64,000 bases of DNA from Octopus sinensis (Eukaryota), in contig NC_043003.1 in the NCBI RefSeq assembly GCF_006345805.1, positions 17,794,001 through 17,858,000 on the forward strand, given 5' to 3'. Both the position numbers and the translations under genes were made by a program. Positions 26,171-38,261 of the stretch are shown here, in pieces (the first letter of the stretch is position 1; every line of letters begins with the position of its first letter). The notes beneath the pieces were generated by a model, which saw only the letters and a program-made list of their open reading frames with translations, ran no database searches and was not told where the DNA came from.

Positions 26171-26501
26171 TAGTAGCACCAATATTTGTTTTCCTGAAGA
26201 CAGCGAGCTGACAGATTTGTTAGCACACTGGACAAAATTCTTAGTGGTATTTTGTCAGTCTTTTCATTCTGAGTTAAAATTTTGCCAAGGTTGACTTCAC
26301 CTCTCATCCATCCAGGATTGATAAAATTAGTAAAAGAACTGAGGTTGATATGATAAAATTATCTCTTTCTTTGATATTGCTGGCCTTGTGCCAATGTTTG
26401 AAATCAGTATTTCTTTTCCCTGTAAGGTATTTTATTGCTCCAGATATTTACACAAACTTTCAAGCTCCTGGACTTTTGCATTATGCAAAACATATATAAC
26501 A

Positions 26502-26884
26502 TAGGTGCAGGAGTGGCTGAGTGGTAAGTAGCTTGCTTACCAACCACATGGTTCCGGGTTCAGTCCCACTGCATGGCACCTTGGGCAAGTGTCTTCTACT
26601 ATAGCCTTGGGCCAACCAAAGCCTTGTGAGTGGATTTGGTAGACGAAAACTGAAAGAAGCCCATCATATATATATATATGTGTGTGTGTATGTGTTTGTC
26701 CCCCCAACATCACTTGACAACTGATGCTGGTGTGTTTACGTCCCCGTAACTTAGTGGTTTGGCAAAAGAGAATGAAAAAATAAGTACTAGGCTTACAAAG
26801 AATAAGTCCTGGGGTCGATTTGTTCGACTAAAGGCGGTGCTCCAGCTTGGTCACAGTCAAATGACTGAAACAAGTAAAAGAGTA
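26502..26884 (+). mobile_element. SINE family A
   Basis: Full-length copy. Confidence 0.8.
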
Positions 26885-27129
26885 ATATCTTCACTGCACA
26901 AGAGGTGTCACTGTAGACACACAGCAAGAGAGTTCACTTTTGGAATAGAAGAGGTATTACAAAATTGGTGTCAGGGTCAAGAAAAACCTGAGGAACATAT
27001 GGCCTTATGACTTGTCAAATGATTCAACATAATCATCTAAAATTTTGCCAGATTACAGATTTACTTAGTCATAGATATGATAATAAAACTGTCGGCTTCT
27101 TGCTTTCATGTTATTTATAGGTTTCCAAC

Positions 27130-27920
27130 TGGATCATTTTAGCTGATATGAAGATGGTAATGGCTGGAAGAATTTTGTAGAAAAGGTTTTTAAAAGAGTT
27201 GCACAGGATAGAGATGGAAGAAGGCAAGCTCAGTGTAGAACTGGGAGGAAAGGTGCATACTGTAGGGCTAGAAAAATAGGGTGCACAATGTAGCTCTGGG
27301 AGAAGAGAAGCACATTGTGAGACTATGAAAAGAGGGTGCTCATCATAGGTCTGGGAGAAAGGGTGCGCTTGTAGGTCTGAAAGAAGTGAGACACATTGTA
27401 GGGTTAGATTAAGGGAGCACACATAATAGAACTGGGAGAAAGGGCACACATTGTAGGATTGACAGAAAGAGATCACATTGTGAAACTGGGAGAAGAGGGT
27501 GCTCATCATAGGCTTGGAAGAAAAGGGCATACATCAAAGGGTTGGGCGAAGCAGAACACATTATAGTGGGTTGGCTGAAGTGGGGCTGGGAAAAAGAGTG
27601 TGCACTGTAGGACTTTGAGGAAAGTGCACACATCATAGGCAAGGAAAAAGGGGGCATACATCAGAGGTCTGGGAGAAAGGGTGCACTTGTAGGTTTGAAA
27701 GAAGTGGGGACACATTGTAGGGTTAGATTAAGGGAGCACACATTATAGAACTGGGAGAAAGGGTACACATTGTAGGACTGGCAGAAAGAGAACACATTGT
27801 GAATCTGGGAGAAGTGGGTAACAATTGTACATCTGAGAGAAGGAGGCACACATTGTAGAGCTAAGAGAGGTGTGTGTTGTGGAGCTGAAAGAAAGAGTGA
27901 CCATTGCAGGGTTGGCTTAG
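27130..27920 (+). repeat. Purine-rich minisatellite of about 29 bp with a 318-bp higher-order duplication
   Basis: Recurring cacattgtagg/ctgggagaaaggg; blocks at 27350 and 27668 match over about 145 bp. Confidence 0.8.
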
Positions 27921-28121
27921 GTTGGCCTAAGGCCTGAAATTTTGAGAGAGTGATGGGGCAGTTAGTCAATTACATTGAGCCCATTACTTAACTGATACTT
28001 CATTGAACCCCAAAAGTTGACCTTATTGATATTTGAACTCAAAACATAAAAACAAAATGTCACTAAGCATGTGCTTGTCATGGTAATGATCCTGCCAGGT
28101 TGCATCTTAAATTACAATAAT

Positions 28122-28477
28122 AACAAGAGCACTCAGAAAGCACAAACCTCCGCCGCGGCACCACCAATGTCCCCTCAATGATTAGCCAGAGATGATTTTT
28201 AAAATGAGAATATCTGAAATAAACTCGACTGCTCTCACAAACGAGAATACTAAAAATGAACTCGACCACTCTCATAAAAAAACAGGTAGAATAATCCAGA
28301 ATCCTTGTCTGGTACCAGATTGATCCCAAAATCTAATCAGTTCATGCCAGTCATGAGGCCAAACATCCCTGAAAGTTTCATCCAAATTCATCCAGCAGTT
28401 CTTGAGATATCTTGTCCATAGACAAATAAACGAACCAACTGGAAACAATACCTTCACCTTCGCTAAGGCAAAAGTAA
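28122..28477 (+). mobile_element. Helentron-associated (HINE/DINE-1-like) non-autonomous element
   Basis: 5' aacaagagcactcag...cctccgcc and 3' hairpin remnant ccttcaccttcgctaaggc; inverted 3' fragment at about 47395-47477. Confidence 0.5.
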
Positions 28478-28499
28478 TAATAATAATAATAATAATAAT

Positions 28500-28830
28500 A
28501 ATCATCGTTTAATGTCCGCTTTCCATGCTAGCCTGGGTTGGACGATCTAACTGAGGACTGGCAAACCGGATGGCTGCACCAGGCTCCAGTTTTGATCTAG
28601 CAGAGTTTCTACAGCTGGATGCCCTTCCTAACACCAACCACTCAAAGAGTGTAGTGGGTGCTTTTATGTGCCATCAGCAAGAGGGCCAGTCAGGTGGTAC
28701 TGGTAACAGTCATGCTCAAATGGTGTTTTTTACGTGCCACCTGCACAAGAGCCAGTCCAGCGGCACTGGCAACGACCTTGCTTGAATGTCGTTTCACATG
28801 CCACTAGCACAAGTCCCAGTAAGAATAATA
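28500..28830 (-). mobile_element. Family D copy
   Basis: Reverse-complement tail motif catcgtttaatgtccgctttccatgctagc. Confidence 0.7.
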
Positions 28831-29128
28831 ATAATAATCCTCTCTACTCCGGAAACAAGGCCTGAAATTTTGGAGGAGTGGGTTAGTCGATTACATTGAC
28901 CTCAGCACTCAACCTAAAAGGGATGAAAGGCAAAGCCAACCTCAGTGGTATTTGAACTCAGAATGTAAAGATAGACAAAGTGCCACTACGCATTTTGTCC
29001 AGCATGGTAATAATTAATGACCACACAACATATCACAATAACAACTTCAAGTAATATACTGTTCTAGTTGTAAGTCATGTAGTCAAAAATTGTTTCAAGA
29101 TCACTCTCAGGCTTCATCATCATCATAT

Positions 29129-30075
29129 CTTTAGCACACTGTAGGTGTATCATGTCACCATATGAGTTTTCTCCCCTGTAGAAACATGGCAGTCACAGTG
29201 GAAACAATTCAAGAGAAAATGTAGTGTGCTAAAGGAACACAGAATTCAAGATATGTGGCATCTACCTAACCCCTCTAACCAGAGACTAAAAATAACAAAC
29301 AAAAGCAAAAAAAAAAAAAATCGGGAAATACAAAAACTAAATAACTGCAGACTGATGTCTCCAACTCAACTTTAATTTTCTAGAAATATGGCTACAGAAC
29401 AACAACAAACTTGAAGTAATTCCTACTAAACCCAATATTTTCTTTCTTACTATTAACACCAGAAGACATCAAATACAACCAGTCATAACATTCAACAACA
29501 TAAACACATCATAAACACAGAAGACAAAAATTTAAGTAGGTGTTAAGTTACATGGCACACCTCTGCAATATTTGCTGCATGTATATAAGGTCAAAGAAAA
29601 AAAAGCAAATGACACACAAACATTCTTAGAGCATGCATAGATACCACATTTTTGGCAGCTATCAGAGACAACAATGGCATGAACACAGTGCATTAAATTC
29701 ATGATAAATTGTATGAGCTTTACCTGGCCCATTATTGACTTGTTTGCAATAAATCAAAATAAACTACAAAGAATACAAAAGCAGCACACTTCATATCTCG
29801 ACACGTTGCACTTAGGCCACACCTATAGATCACCTACGCAATGAAAGGAATAGATAAAAGAACTACAGGCGCTATTACTTCCAAAATGATAAGCTACTTC
29901 TGCAGTAACCTAGAAACACATCTTAAAAATACTATCTCTCGGGGTCCATCATCATCATCATCATTATATCTTTAGCACACTGTAGGTGTATCGTGTCACC
30001 ATATGAGTTTTCTCCCCTGTAGAAACAGGGTAGTCACAGTGGAAACAATTCTAGAGAAAATGTAGTGTGCTAAAG
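29129..30075. repeat. Two copies of a 106-bp element with 12-bp terminal inverted repeats (29129-29234, 29970-30075)
   Basis: ctttagcacact ... agtgtgctaaag; near-identical interiors. Confidence 0.8.
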
Positions 30076-30599
30076 TTTAATGTCCATTCATGCAGACATG
30101 GGTTAAATGGTTTGACGGAATCCAAAATGCTACATGGTACAGTCTGAGGATTCTATCATGGTCCAGTGTCTACCTTGGTGTGGTTTCTACTGTTGGATGC
30201 CCTTCCTAATGCCAACCAATTTACAGAGTGTAGTGGGTGGGTTTTTTCATGGCACCAACACTTGTGAGGTCATCATGCAAAAATGCATGACAAAGCTTGC
30301 TCAGTAAAATGATTGAGGTTAAGAAGTATATTCAGTCTTAGAAAGCAAACATCTGAGCCCTATGCAGTCATTCAACCATATAAACATAAAACATACATAT
30401 GAAGATAATTTGTTTCAGGCACAAGGACTGAAATTTTTAGCAGAGTGTTCTTGTTGATTATACCAGCCCCAGTATTTGACTGGTATTATTTTATCCGCCT
30501 CAAAAGAATGAAAGAAAAAAGGAGACATCTGCAGAATCTGAACTTAGAACATAAAGACAGGTTAAATGCCACTAAGCTCAGACATTTTAAATCTGTGCA

Positions 30600-31310
30600 T
30601 TTTTAACCAGGACCATCATGGTCCTGTGTCAGTTGAGGGAGATCTTTAGGTAAGCACCTAGTATCTCTGTTGTGTTGGTCTACATCTGCTGTGTTTGAAT
30701 GACCTGCTCTAGTAAAGCCATGCTTTCATATCCAAAGCAGTGAGTCACTTACTTGCCAGCTCTTGTTTAGCTCACCAGCAATGTCCCACAATGTGCAAGC
30801 ACTTTTCCCTTATAATAGTGGAAACAGGCAAGAAATCTCCATACAGCTGTTTCTTGGTGGGATGAGTTCTACAAGATTTGTTTAAGACTGCTCTTAACAT
30901 TTGGGTGTAAGTTCCATCTAGTTTGGGTTCCAGTGTTTTGGTAAGTGTCCAGGCTGTTGCTCCATATCAAAAGAACTAACTCTACAGTTGCATGGAAAAA
31001 ATTCCTCTTAATTCTGTCTGACACGGTTGATTTCCAGATAACATCCAGTTTATTTAGAGCTGATCATGCTTTGGCTATCCAAGTTTTTATGTCCTTTTCA
31101 GTTAAGAATATCTCAGAGTCAAGGTCTGTGAAATAATCATCTTGATTGATGGGGTCTCGGCTGATGCTGGTGATGGATCCTTATTGAGTTTGGTTTTTAG
31201 GTTGTCCAGCTAATTCTAGTCTATGAAGTAATTGGATGGAGTTTGATATTGTGCCAGAGAGCAAGGTTAAATCATCAGTATAGTCTACATCAGTTATTTT
31301 TGAGTTGGAT
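30600..31310 (-). mobile_element. Decayed RTE-clade LINE 3' half (different subfamily)
   Basis: ITDVDYTDDL (YTDD at 31271-31282, a YADD-like RT motif) and IAKA*SALNKLDVIWKS...RNFFHATVE. Confidence 0.8.
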
Positions 31311-31548
31311 GGCTGATTGATCTTCAGTTCCAAGTGATTGATCTTCAGTTGGATGGCTGATTGATCTTCAGTTCTGAGTGATTAATCTTCAGTTCTGAGT
31401 GATCACTCTGCATCACTCGGAACATCACTTGACAATCTAAACAGTCTCAGTTTCACACTTGTGAAACCCCTCTGTCCAGCATTCACCATGATAGATCGCT
31501 AGCTACTAAACCTTTTCCTATTTTCTCTCCCTGTTTATCTCTATATTC

Positions 31549-31584
31549 CTTTCTGCCGAAGAGTGTAGGCTCGAAACGTAAAAG
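31549..31584 (+). ncRNA. Minimal type-I hammerhead motif with A6>C substitution
   Basis: CTTT CTGCCGA A GAGT-GTAG-GCTC GAAAC GTA AAAG. Confidence 0.55.
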
Positions 31585-31678
31585 ACTTTCTCACTTCCTG
31601 AGTGTTAAACTAATAAATTTGTTTGTTGCTTACACATCTGTCTTCGTCTTTTGTTTTTTTGTAAATTCTCACTATATA

Positions 31679-32068
31679 CTCTTTTACTCTTTTACTGGTT
31701 TCAGTCATTTGACTGTGGCCATGCTGGAGCACTGCCTTTAGTTGAGCAAATCGACCCCAGGACTTATTCTTTGTAAGCCTAATACTTATTCTATTGGTCT
31801 CTTTTGCCGAACCGCTAAGTTACGGGAACATAAACACACCAGCATCGGTTGTCAAGCGATGTTGGGGGGTCAAACATATACACACACATACACACATATA
31901 CATATATACGGTGGACTTCTTTCAGTTTCCGTCTACCAAATCCACTGACAAGGCTTTGGTTGGCCCAGAGGCTATTGTAGAAGACACTTGCCCAAGGTGC
32001 CACGCAGTGGAATTGAACCCGGAACCATGTGGTTGGTAAGCAAGCTACTTGCCACACAGCCACTCCTA
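31679..32068 (-). mobile_element. SINE family A
   Basis: Full-length reverse copy. Confidence 0.8.
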
Positions 32069-32072
32069 CACC

Positions 32073-32109
<37 letters not shown>

Positions 32110-32545
32110 GTATATGCTCATGTTTTGACTTCTGTTTTCTTGTTTGTGTTACCAAACCTATATTATCTACTGCTTTTCAAATTATCTATTTATCTAGTTG
32201 TCTGTCTGTCTGTCAATCTATCCATCCATCCATCCTTCTATCTACACGTGTATGTGTGTGTGTGAATGTGTCTGTTTGCACTCATTTCACGGAACATTGG
32301 GTTTTCATTATAATTTGCTTGTGCCCTATTTCTCTGTTAGTCACAAGTTTGTTCATACTACTCCACTGATGCTTTTAACTCAAATAAAGTCACAGAGTAA
32401 AGACTAAAGAAGATTTTCATTTGGATTGCCTTCTGTTTGTTTGTTTTTTATTTCATATCAGATATTGAAGAATACTACTGCAAGTGCGAGGTTTCAGTTG
32501 TCTTGATCACTTCATGGTTGGAAGGGAAATATAAAATGCATTGCT

Positions 32546-32880
32546 GAGACCCCCTTTGGTCATGACTGACCATGGGATTGCACCTAGAAAGTTACCCTCC
32601 CAGGCACGAGTCCGGGCAAGGCTGTTTATGAAAGACCAGCAGTCACCCATGCATACCGGCCTCCCCACTCCATGCCACCCATGTTATCCAAGGGAAAAGC
32701 AAAGGCCGATATAGCTTGGCACCTGTGACATTGCAACTCATTTCTACAGCTGAGTGAACTGGAGCAATGTGAAATAAAGTGTCTTGCTCAAGAACACAAC
32801 ACACAGCCTGGTGCGGGATTCGAGCTCACAACCTCACGATTGTAAGCTTCATGCTCTAACCACTGAGCCATGCACCTTCA
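32546..32880 (-). mobile_element. SINE family F
   Basis: Full-length reverse copy. Confidence 0.8.
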
Positions 32881-32904
32881 CATACATACATACATACATA
32901 TACC

Positions 32905-33220
32905 AGTGCCAGTGGCCCGTAAAAGGACTATCCGAACGTGACTGTTGCCAGCGCCACCTCGACTGGCCTCTGTGCCAGTGGCACGTAAAAAGCACCAACC
33001 AATCATGGCCGTTGCCAGCCTCACCTGGCACCTGTGCCGGTGGCACATAAAAAGCACCCACTACACTCACGGAGTGGTTGGTATTAGGAAGGGCATCCAG
33101 CTGTAGAAACACTGCCAGATCAGACTGGAGCCTGGTGCAGCCTCCTGGCTTCCCAGACCCCGGTTGAACTGTCCAACCCATGCTAGCATGGAAAGCGGAC
33201 GTTAAACAATGATGATGATG
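32905..33220 (+). mobile_element. Family D copy
   Basis: Diagnostic tail ending in gatgatgatg. Confidence 0.75.
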
Positions 33221-33668
33221 ACATACATACATACATACATACATACATACATACACACATACATCCATCATACATACATACATCATACATACATACATAC
33301 ATACATACACACATACATCATACATACATACACACATACATCATACATACATACATCATACATACATCATACATACATACATCATACATACACACATACA
33401 TACATACATCATACATCATACATACATACATCATACATACATACATACATACATACATACATCATACATACATACATACACACATACACACATACACACA
33501 TACATCGTACATCATACATACATACACACATACATCATACATACATACATCATACATACATACATACATACATCATACATACATACATACATCATACATC
33601 ATACATACATACATACATACATACATACATCATACATACATCATACAACATACATACATACATACATA
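33221..33668. repeat. Compound (CATA)n/(CAT) microsatellite
   Basis: Direct inspection. Confidence 0.95.
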
Positions 33669-33806
33669 CGCATGCATGATCAGTATATGATTTTGTGTTT
33701 AGTAAGAGAAATCATATACTGGTAAAATGCATTACTCATATGATATTTCATATGTGTGACCTACAGTATGACAACAATTAATTTCTCTTGTTTCTTCTTT
33801 CAACAG

Positions 33807-33939
33807 ATCGTTTCATTGGAATACCAGCAGTACCACCACATCAAGAGGAACTTGTTTATGGGGAGGAAAATGAAGAAATAGAAGATCAGGCTTTTACTGA
33901 CATGCTTACTACAATCGGTGCTAAAGATGTTATTCATGA
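33807..33939 (+). CDS. CRACR2A: Coding exon 2 of CRACR2A-like gene (133 nt, phase 1 to 2)
   Basis: Acceptor tttcttctttcaacag at 33791-33806; donor GA|GTAAG at 33940. Reads (H)RFIGIPAVPPHQEELVYGEENEEIEDQAFTDMLTTIGAKDVIH in frame with exon 1, resembling the CRACR2A acidic linker. Confidence 0.85.
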
Positions 33940-34152
33940 GTAAGATTCAATCTTCTTGATTTGATTTTTCTTCTGTACGTGGTACTCTAACATGTGCGGG
34001 CCTGACCATGCTGTAAAGAAGTTCGGTTTGGAACCGTGTTGTTTAGGATGCAGCCTCTCTGTGTGGACACTGTCGTGGCTGGTGTCTTCTGCTATAGCTG
34101 TGTGTTGACCAATGCCTTGTGAGTGAAATTTGGTAGATGGAAACTGGAAGAG

Positions 34153-34384
34153 GGCGGCGAGCTGGCAGAAACGTTAGCATGCCGGGCGAAATGCTTAGCG
34201 GTATTCGTCTGCCGTTACGTTCTGAGTTCAAATTCCGCCGAGGTCGACTTTGCCTTTCATCCTTTCGGGGTCGATAAATTAAGTACCAGTTATGCACTGG
34301 GGTTGATGTAATCGACTTAATCCCTTTGTCTGTCCTTGTTTGTCCCCTCTATGTTTAGCCCCTTGTGGGTAATAAAGAAATAAG
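34153..34384 (+). mobile_element. SINE family B, CpG-rich (young) copy
   Basis: Full head to taaagaaataag tail. Confidence 0.8.
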
Positions 34385-34424
34385 GAAACTGGAAAATGCC
34401 TATCATATATGCGCACATGCATGT

Positions 34425-34457
<33 letters not shown>

Positions 34458-36207
34458 GAATCTAGGGTTACACATGAGCTATTTCAAGTTTCATGCTTGG
34501 ATACTGCAAGAACTAGACAGACTTGTATAATATACCCTCAATGGTCTAGAAATCATTCAAGTTTTGCCAGGTCATGCTTGTTGTGTTATGTAAGCCCATT
34601 TGATTACAGCACTATCCAAGCATGAAACTTGAAGTCGCTCATGTATAACTCCTGTATTCATTAAATGTTATCTATCTCTCATTGAACCGCATGCATTTTT
34701 GCTGATCTTATCAGTAAGTGAACAGTACATTGTATATCTGTATAAGTGTTTGTATGTGTGTATATGTATCTGTATGGGTGCATGTGTTGAGAGAGAGATT
34801 AGTTGTGATATCACCAGTGCCAAGCTGTATCAGCCTTTGCCTTTCCCTTGGATAATATCAGTGGCATGGAGACGGGTGGCTGGTATTTTCAAGTATCAGT
34901 GGACACATAAATACATATATATATATAAATACTACGAATGTTTACACGCACATCATATGTGAAAATATATGGTGTGTATGTGTATGTTTGTTGTTACACA
35001 TGAGTATACATATGGACATGTAGATGTGAGTGTAATTCTATTAGTTCGTTGGTGAGGGTTTAAATAGGAAAATATTAGTATTATAATAATACTAGATTTC
35101 TTACGTAGGGATGCTATCTGTATAAGCTATAAGGAGTTATTTTGATTATATATCTTAGAATATTAGCGTATTTTGACTTTTTACAATTAATTTCTTATAA
35201 TTTAATTATTATAAACCGATGTTAACTTAGTATATATATATTTTTATGTCTTTTGATAGACAAACAGAAACGCGTATTCTATACTTTATAATTTAGCGAA
35301 TGTTTGAATAAAACATAGCGGTAAAGTTACGGACATTGTTAGTTATAAAATATTATGTTTACGAAAAATACGGTGTCATATGAATTGTGTACCTTATGAC
35401 AAATTACACTCTCTATCTGGATATAATTATATGTATGTTTGTATTTACTAATTTATATACATATGTGAGTGGATCTATTTGTAAATACTTAGTTAATACC
35501 ACGGCCATGGTGTCGTCTGGGGTGGCTGGATGTCTGCATGCATGTATGTGCAATCGGTTGAGTTCCTCTCTGTTTTGCATGTGTATAGTTGCGATACTAC
35601 CTCTTATATTATTTATTTATTTATTTATGATTTGGTTGTGTATGTGGGTATGTCTGTGTGTATGTGTGTGGGTGTGTGTGTGTGTATACATATAACTATG
35701 TATGTATGTGCGCACGATTTGTGGATGTGCGTGCGCGTGTGTATGTTTCCTAGCTAACTAACCGTAAAATTTCCATTGTAATTCAAATTTAAAACTATAA
35801 GCCAATCGAATCTATCTATGAAAATCAATACCATGCGGGCAGAGGAATTCGACTGATTGAGTATATATGTGGATGTCCGCTTGCTTTGGATGGTACAATC
35901 GTGGTTGTTATTATTATTATTAATATTAATATTAATTTTATTGACTTTTTGTGTAATGACACATTTTAATAGATTGGACTGTTCAATATATATGCCTGCT
36001 TTAAATGTGAGTGTACATGTTGTAGTTCCTTGATGTTGGTTATAGAACTGTGGAGTTCAATATGGAACATTATTGTGTTTGTTAATGTATATTGATCTAT
36101 ATTGTTTATATTGTATTATTGTGTATATATATATATGTAGGAATATGAGTGTGTATGCACACATATTTATATTTATATGTAAATTTTTTTCATACTTGCA
36201 TTAAATT

Positions 36208-36316
36208 CTCTGAAGAGGCCGTGAGACATTCTTGTTAATGTCTCATTTATACCTGCTTTATATGGCTAATTGGTTAAATGGGACATACCTGTCTTCACGG
36301 CCGAAACAGCTGTCAG
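36208..36316 (+). ncRNA. Type-I hammerhead motif, catalytic core fully intact, palindromic helix III
   Basis: CTGAAGA (36210-16), GGCCGTGA/TCACGGCC helix II, GAAAC (36303-07), ACAGCTGT palindrome, GTC site; helix I only 2 bp. Confidence 0.65.
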
Positions 36317-36649
36317 CTACTATGTAAATGTATTTTCTATTTCTATTTCTATGTCTTGTTATATTTGTACTATATTAATGTATAATATCATTGCTATTGT
36401 GTAATGGTTTAATAAAGTATTGATTGGGTATTATCTGATGGTTGATGATTGATTTAGATATATTTCTCCATTTTCTCATTTTGTATTATTAATTTACGGT
36501 AATAATTTTACCTTTACCCACATAATACAGTAGATGAAATAATTGCATCGCAATTTTTAACATTTATGTATTAGCTTTGTTGGGTACTTCTCTAGCAGTA
36601 TATTGGATATATGTTATCCCATGGAGGGTTGAATTTACAACCCCTATCT

Positions 36650-36687
<38 letters not shown>

Positions 36688-37597
36688 TCGTTGTTTTGTA
36701 ATAATCTAGAGAAAGTGTTAGTCAATACAAACTTAGAGTGCAATAGTTTATTTAAGCTGATCCAGTGACCTGTTATTCTGGAGTTCCCATGAAACACTGG
36801 TGTTTCTCCAGGCAAGTCAGACTTGCCTGGAGATTTACTTGTCTGAAGGCCTCTGGATTGGCTTAAAGAAACACCCCTGTGTGTGTATGTTTGTATGTGT
36901 GGAGGTGGGTGGAAGAGCTGGGCAAAGTGGTAACGCAGTGATGGTCTCATTTGAGTAGTTGGACCGATTGATAAGAAGGGTCAGTTTGCATGCCGTGTCT
37001 GCATTGGTTGGATGGTTCATCAGGGTCCAAGTCAGTTCTTATTAGAGTTACACTGGGTAATTGTTGAAGGAGGGTAGATGGGCAAAACTAACAAAGACAG
37101 AGTAAAAAATGAGAGAATAGGTAAAATATTAATAGGACAGAGAGAGTTGGAGAGTTGTAAGGATGGTGATGTGGGTTGAGTAGGAGGACACACAATATGT
37201 AAAAAATAAAAAATTTGATATTTTGTCTCTGAGTTCAATTCTTACTAGGTATAACTATTGCTTCCGTTGTTCCAAGTACTGATTTAATGACTATATTTAT
37301 CCACGAAATTTGAAAACTTGTGCTTCTAAATCATAAATCTATTAGTGATACCTCGCAGGATGAGTTTAATTTATTCCATGGCCAAGCTTGTCTTACGATT
37401 TACTCATTCTACAAATCAATTTTCCCCATTGAAATTAACTAAAAAATAATTAATCCATTCCAACCCTAGCAAAAAACACTCAAAAATAATTTTTTATGGG
37501 TTTTGAAACAGAGAAGGTGTAGTTACAAGAAAAATGACAATTATAAAAAAGAGAATGCAAAAGAAATATGTAAACTGGTTTTATTAACTGAATTACC

Positions 37598-37827
37598 TTA
37601 ACCCTTTAGTGTTTGTATTATTCTGCCAAAATTAATGTTATTTTTATCCACATTGTTTTGAACTAATCATGCATTATCTTGTAGCTATGAGATTTTGATG
37701 AGGTAGCTGTTAATTTTTAAAATGGTATTGTAGGGTTGGTGTGAGAGACCAGATCTGGCTAGTTTGAAAATAAAACAGACAGAATACTTTTGGCCGGATA
37801 TGGCTCGTTTAAATGCTAAAGGGTTAA
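37598..37827. mobile_element. TTAA-flanked MITE, same family as 9867-10095
   Basis: TTAA CCCTTTAG ... CTAAAGGG TTAA. Confidence 0.7.
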
Positions 37828-37994
37828 AGATGGGATAATTAGTGTGCTCATACTATGGATCTCCAATCATACTTTAAGACAAAAATTTGCACAAGTCTCA
37901 GCTCATACAGCAAATTATTTGTACTGTGAGGTTCTACTGTATTCTATATTTATAAAGCTAAATTTCTTCTCATTGATTTCTATCATTTTTATAG

Positions 37995-38153
37995 TGACGG
38001 CTCTATCAAGCATATCAAGGAACTTTGGGTTCAGTTACGCAGAGAAGATGATCCCGTTGTAGTAGAAAACTTTGAAGATTTTCTAAGTAAAATTACCAAG
38101 GATTTAAAAAAGAAGCAAGATGATTTAAAAGAATTAGAAACTGCCTTAAAAGT
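37995..38153 (+). CDS. CRACR2A: Coding exon 3 of CRACR2A-like gene (159 nt, phase 2 to 2)
   Basis: Acceptor tcatttttatag ending 37994; donor GT|GTAAGT at 38154. Reads (D)DGSIKHIKELWVQLRREDDPVVVENFEDFLSKITKDLKKKQDDLKELETALK; the LWxQL..E..P...NFEDFL motif is characteristic of the CRACR2A/RASEF family. Confidence 0.9.
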
Positions 38154-38261
38154 GTAAGTTCACTTAATTGAATTATTTTATCGTTTTTTATTGACTTTTT
38201 ACATTTTATTTTATTTTATTTTAACCAGGGGTGGACACTTTCTATTTATAATAAATTATCA

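Noticed and set aside
32849-33679. ORFs of 156-162 aa
   Set aside because: (CATA)n microsatellite plus an RTE-tail repeat.
37016-37022. CTGATGA on the minus strand
   Set aside because: No complementary helix II closing onto a GAAAC.
38152-38159. Alternative donor GTGTAA at 38152
   Set aside because: It would break phase with exon 4; GTAAGT at 38154 is consensus and in phase.
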